DNA of 63,914 nucleotides, the filler included, from Polymyxa betae A26-41 (Eukaryota; Protista; Endomyxa: Phytomyxea): assembly GCA_003693705.1 (NCBI GenBank). It is 5 parts of 5 records of this genome, joined end to end, with 100 filler letters (N's around TTAATTAATTAA, not from the genome) between each part and the next. Parts side by side here need not be neighbours in the genome. Positions count along the whole stretch, not along the records: positions 55,402 to 60,921 come from RBZT01000627.1; positions 61,022 to 63,914 come from RBZT01000006.1; 3 more parts are not named here. One strand, given 5' to 3'. The first letter of the stretch is position 1. Every line of letters starts with the position of its first letter. Under the pieces are notes generated by a model. The model searched no databases. It was not told where the DNA came from and saw nothing but the letters and a program-made list of their open reading frames with translations. Positions 59,688 to 63,914 of the stretch are shown piece after piece. Position numbers and translations under genes: made by a program.

Positions 59688-60890
59688 TTAAATCGGGAAA
59701 ACATCGACATGATGACCGACATCCGAGCGGAAATAGTGCCAGATCAGAATTAGAATGGAGATGAAATGAGTCCCAAAAGCAACAGGGACATGAGTATAGC
59801 TGGGAAGCGACTTCTGAATATCAAGGTTCTTATAAAGCTGCTCTTCATGCGCTTTTGTGGTACTCGGGAATACGTTTTTTAAACGCGAAGGAACGAATGC
59901 GTAATGTTGGATTGGGAGATCAGATTTCTGAGCTTCAATTTCGTTAAGCAGTTTGGTCATCATTGGGACATCCTAAAGCACTTATTAAATGATGGAAGAG
60001 ATTATAACAATGCATGAATTACTTCGTTGGGGATTTGGACGGATAAGTCATGGCCACTATGTAAAGGAAGAAGTTTGGCATTTGGAATCACATTGTTCAC
60101 AAGATCCTTGACTTTAGATGGGTCGATATCGGATTGCTCAGCCAGCTTGAAGGAGAATAAGATAACCGATCCCAAGACTATGGTTCAAGAACATGGGAGA
60201 TCCAAGACATTGCATTGATCCAGCAGACATGATTCCGATACGGTCTCCCAGGGCTTCGGCTTCGCTCATGCTATGAAAATACAATGTTATTACAGGACCC
60301 TAAGAAAGGAAAACGCGAGAATTTCTATATTGGTAGCGATAACAATTAAAAAGTTGAAGCAACTAAAAAGATACCACATCATACTTGTGTGTTGTCATGA
60401 TGATAGTTCGTCCTGGCCGTAATGTTCGGATGACAGACCAGAGCTCCAAAGACGACTCAATATCCATACCGGAAGAAGGTTCGACCAGGATAACGGTCTT
60501 GGTATTCCCAGAAAAACTAAAGAAGCCATCAGAGGAAAATCTCAAGGGATCAGAAGCGAGCTCACGCTAGCCCGACGGAAAGCTTTCGCTTCTGACCACC
60601 GGACAGATCCTTGGCCATGGAGTACATCTTCTTCAGCATTTCCATGCTTTCCAACATCATCTCAGCAATGGAATGGGCTTGGGCAGGGTGCTGACCGCAG
60701 AGTCGTCCATACAGTTCGAGAATCTCCAGCGGCTTAAAATTGTCATAAAAAGCATCGAATTGGGGACAGATTCCAACAGAAGCACGGGCTTCTGTTGAAT
60801 TATTTGAAATATCGAACCCTTTGGGTAACGGATTGAATCCCGACAAGACATTCAAGAAGTGTGGTTTTACCAGCACTGTTATGTCCTAAT
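59688..60890 (-). pseudogene. ABCA-family transporter nucleotide-binding domain fragment (degenerate)
   Basis: GHNSAGKTT, GICPQFD, LSGGQKRKLSVGLA, ILVEPSSGMD (Walker B D to V), IMTTH, EAEALGDRIGIM; short introns; frameshift after Walker A. Confidence 0.85.
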
Positions 60891-60921
60891 GGTAGAAGGC
60901 TATTAAGCAATGTGTAAATTT

Positions 60922-61021
60922 NNNNNNNNNNNNNNNNNNNNNNNNNNNNNNNNNNNNNNNNNNNNTTAATTAATTAANNNNNNNNNNNNNNNNNNNNNNN
61001 NNNNNNNNNNNNNNNNNNNNN
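60922..61021. other. Artificial contig-joining linker
   Basis: N44-TTAATTAATTAA-N44. Confidence 0.98.
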
Positions 61022-61164
61022 GAGACAACCATACTACACACATCATGGTGCCGGTCGTGATCTCGGGAGATCTGGATCGGATCGGTTGTCTGGGCCTATA
61101 ACCTGTAAAAGCTTGGGTCTAAAGGACAGTCTAGCAGTAAAATAGCGAATAAAAGGCTACTATT

Positions 61165-61392
61165 AAATTGACCTACGATTGCTCTACGCTCTACGGATTG
61201 ATCTACTCCGCGCACTTTTGATTTTGCTCTACTAATTGATCTATTTTCACGGAAATGATCTACAAAATGATCTACTTCCTTGGAAATGATCTATTTTTGA
61301 CCTACTCCACGGACAGTTATCTGCGACCTACAAAATGATCTACTATCGCCAATTTGATCCACAAATTGATCTACTAAACCCTAACCCTAACA
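61165..61392. repeat. Array of TGATCTA(C/T)-like motifs ending in AAACCCTAACCCTAAC
   Basis: More than 10 irregularly spaced GATCTA/GACCTA/GCTCTA copies, all on one strand. Confidence 0.7.
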
Positions 61393-63914
61393 TAATTTGG
61401 GATAGAGTACCAATAACTCAAGGCTGTTTTCAGTCGTCATTTATTATAGTGCCCCCCTTTAATTGTCAGTTTAGGGATGTGCCAATTGATGTTTCAACCC
61501 TTGGTCTCCTTTTTTGTTTATGGTCAGACTCAGACAGAAGACTCAACATTCCACGACCAACCGTGAAACTCTGCGAAGTTCGTCACTGCGAGAGCGTGCA
61601 TTGATCTGAGCTGTCCGGGTGCGTTTGTTACCACGTGCAGGGTTTGATCTACGGATGCGATCTTGTGCCCTGGTATTGGGCCGCTAATGTGACAATTTAA
61701 GTCAGCCATTCGAATGATATTACTCTTTCACAGAATTTCTCTCTGTGCGAAGAGGTTGTCGTTCACAAACGGGGCAACCATTGGATCCTGACACAACATT
61801 TCTTGATGGTTCATAACAGATTCGCGTATTCGGTCAGAAAAACGCATTCCAGTGCCGTCAGTTCTCGAAGGTATCAGGCAAAATGAAGAAATTGGCCGCA
61901 TCAGAGGTTCCGAAGGGTGATCAAGTTGGATCTTAACATTAGCACAGTCAGAAATTGAGATTTGGAGATTGTCAGGAATACATTGTGCTCCGAGGTTAGA
62001 ACATCGCCCGTACTCAGATCGAAACAGACTTCAATGCCACGCTCCTGAATCTGTTCCTCGCTGTACACCTAATGCCAATCATTGAATGCATATCCTTTCG
62101 ACTCAGATCGAGTTTCTCACTTCAAAAATGATGGCATGTTTTCCGTTCTCCGGCTCACCAACCCTGAAACCTGGCCTCCAATAAAATATTTTTTCCCCTG
62201 CTCGGATTTCTAAACTATAAAAGGCGTCAATATTCCAGAAAATTGCATACACTCAATACCGACTTTTTTGGCGCAGTATCGACCCTGGAACGCCTAATCC
62301 TGTCCCGCTCTTGACATTCTCAGCACTCTCTAGACGCTCTACATATTTTCTGTATGATAGTCCTCATGTCATTGTCGCGTACGTACCTGATCTATCCGTC
62401 TGATAACCAGATGATTCAGCACCATTATGCTGCTGAGTTAGAGAGGCAATTTCGCCGCCTTCTATTGATGTTCTTAAATTAGGTCTTAGAAAGTGCGATA
62501 CCTCTTGATACCTTGTTGAAATGGCAAAGATTCGCCCCTTTCAGCTTCTTCGAGCCTAGAGTCCGGAAGAACATTTCCAAGCGTATCGCCATTGGCGAAT
62601 TCACCTCTTTCACAGGTCTCGGCAATCACAGCTGTAGTAGAAGTATTAATTTTTTAACAATACCAAAACAAAGGGCAATTATCAACGTCACAAATGAATA
62701 TTGCTGTACCTTGCTCTGGCTGTATGATATGCTCGACAGACGTTAAGAGACCGACGAATGGTCGGGGCCATGCATATTCAGAATTTTCCCGAATAATATG
62801 GGCGAGCAACATGACTCGGAGCGAATGCCTGTTGCAATAAAGACTTTCATTAAATAGCAAATTTTCGTTCGGAGTATATCACCAATCGAAAAAGCCAAGC
62901 CTAGAAAACTTTAGTCCCCAGACCATATCGGATTCTTGGCTGTGAGCGTCACGGGAGGGAGCGGACAAATTTCCCATATGCTGTTTGATTACAGAAATCG
63001 GACGCATCAATAATTGCTCCGTAGAAACAGAGCCAGCTGCCTGACGGACCAGTTTCGGACGTCTTGTCGAAATGTTGAGCTCCTCTGCCGAACTTAAGCG
63101 TAATGCTCTTGGGTAGTCCCTAGAAGAAATTATGGACGCATTATCCATTCCTAAAATGTTCTCAATATCACATGGGTCATCTACGAAAGATTGTGTTCAT
63201 CAACCAGTAAGCATTTGCAACAAAACTGCATTCACCGGAATTTCGACAATTGACATTTGGCTCGTTATGATTTCCATTCGGACAATCAGAGACTGATGCA
63301 ATGTCACGGCTAGGCCGAGTTTGAAGTCCGCCAAGCCCATTCTCAGGTTGGAGGAGAAGGTCAATACCTTTGACAACGATTACAAAAGCGACATCCATTA
63401 CTGAGATAGGTGATGCTGAAAAAGGAAGGTCCCCCGACCGACGAGTCAAAACCCGATTACCTTCGGAGCCCATAGTTAGAATTTCCTGATCCGCATTAAC
63501 GATATCGGCAACGTCATTTTAGGTCCCCGATCCTTGCTCCATCTCCATTTCAATGTCATCAATATTGTTGAACGAATTACATGTACGCCCCGGACCATTG
63601 GACTCTGATGACAATACAGGGGATCCTGAGAGGAAATAAAAAAAGAAAAAATGCTGAAACAATGCAGAGGACCTGGTTCCTGTATTGTGCGATCTGGTTG
63701 CTGGCTCAGATAACGATTCACCGATTTAAATGATATATACTCCGCAGGAACACTTAATGTGCTGTATGTCGTCATTGCAGTGTGTGCGGAGCCTCACAGA
63801 TACCGCGGATACAGTGAAGATAATTTTCCAAATGAGCTTCAGCGTCCTTCCGGAGTTTCTAAACAAAATCTTTAAGGTTTGGACAGGGCGAAGGAAACAG
63901 CTGATTCAGTCTCC

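Noticed and set aside
61600-63914. Scattered minus-strand ORFs in contig 5
   Set aside because: They may be exons of hypothetical genes, but no consistent gene model or domain could be built by eye.

Overview
Eukaryotic nuclear DNA: five separate contigs joined by artificial 100-bp N/TTAATTAATTAA/N linkers (20725-20824, 41658-41757, 55302-55401, 60922-61021), so neighbouring contigs need not be linked. Very short GT-AG introns (~41-53 nt), a histone H4 ending QGKTIYGFGG, TTAGGG/TTTTAGGG-type motifs and orphan secreted proteins suggest a parasitic protist or fungus-like organism; a plasmodiophorid is my unverified guess. Contig 1 (1-20724) is a nested transposon graveyard: two chromodomain Ty3/Gypsy, two PIF/Harbinger-like, a pogo, two kinds of Crypton, a Copia, a LINE and a MULE. 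Contig 2 (20825-41657) lies between two convergent histone H4 3' ends and holds five tRNA genes (Leu-CAA x2, Ile-AAT, Gly-GCC, an atypical Trp-CCA), a two-box HMGB gene and a TSD-flanked Copia lacking its integrase core and carrying a foreign Gypsy-type gag. Contigs 3-4 hold effector-like secreted repeat proteins, a protein of three copies of an unusual double zinc-finger module, a PHD-like + 2x CENP-B-type HTH gene without transposase, and a degenerate ABCA fragment. Best novelty candidates: the triple zinc-finger protein (46264-47226), the secreted NLS-bearing protein with a thrice-repeated Cys/His domain (43468-45656), and the PHD-HTH gene (58749-59451). All family calls are by motif recognition, without database searches.
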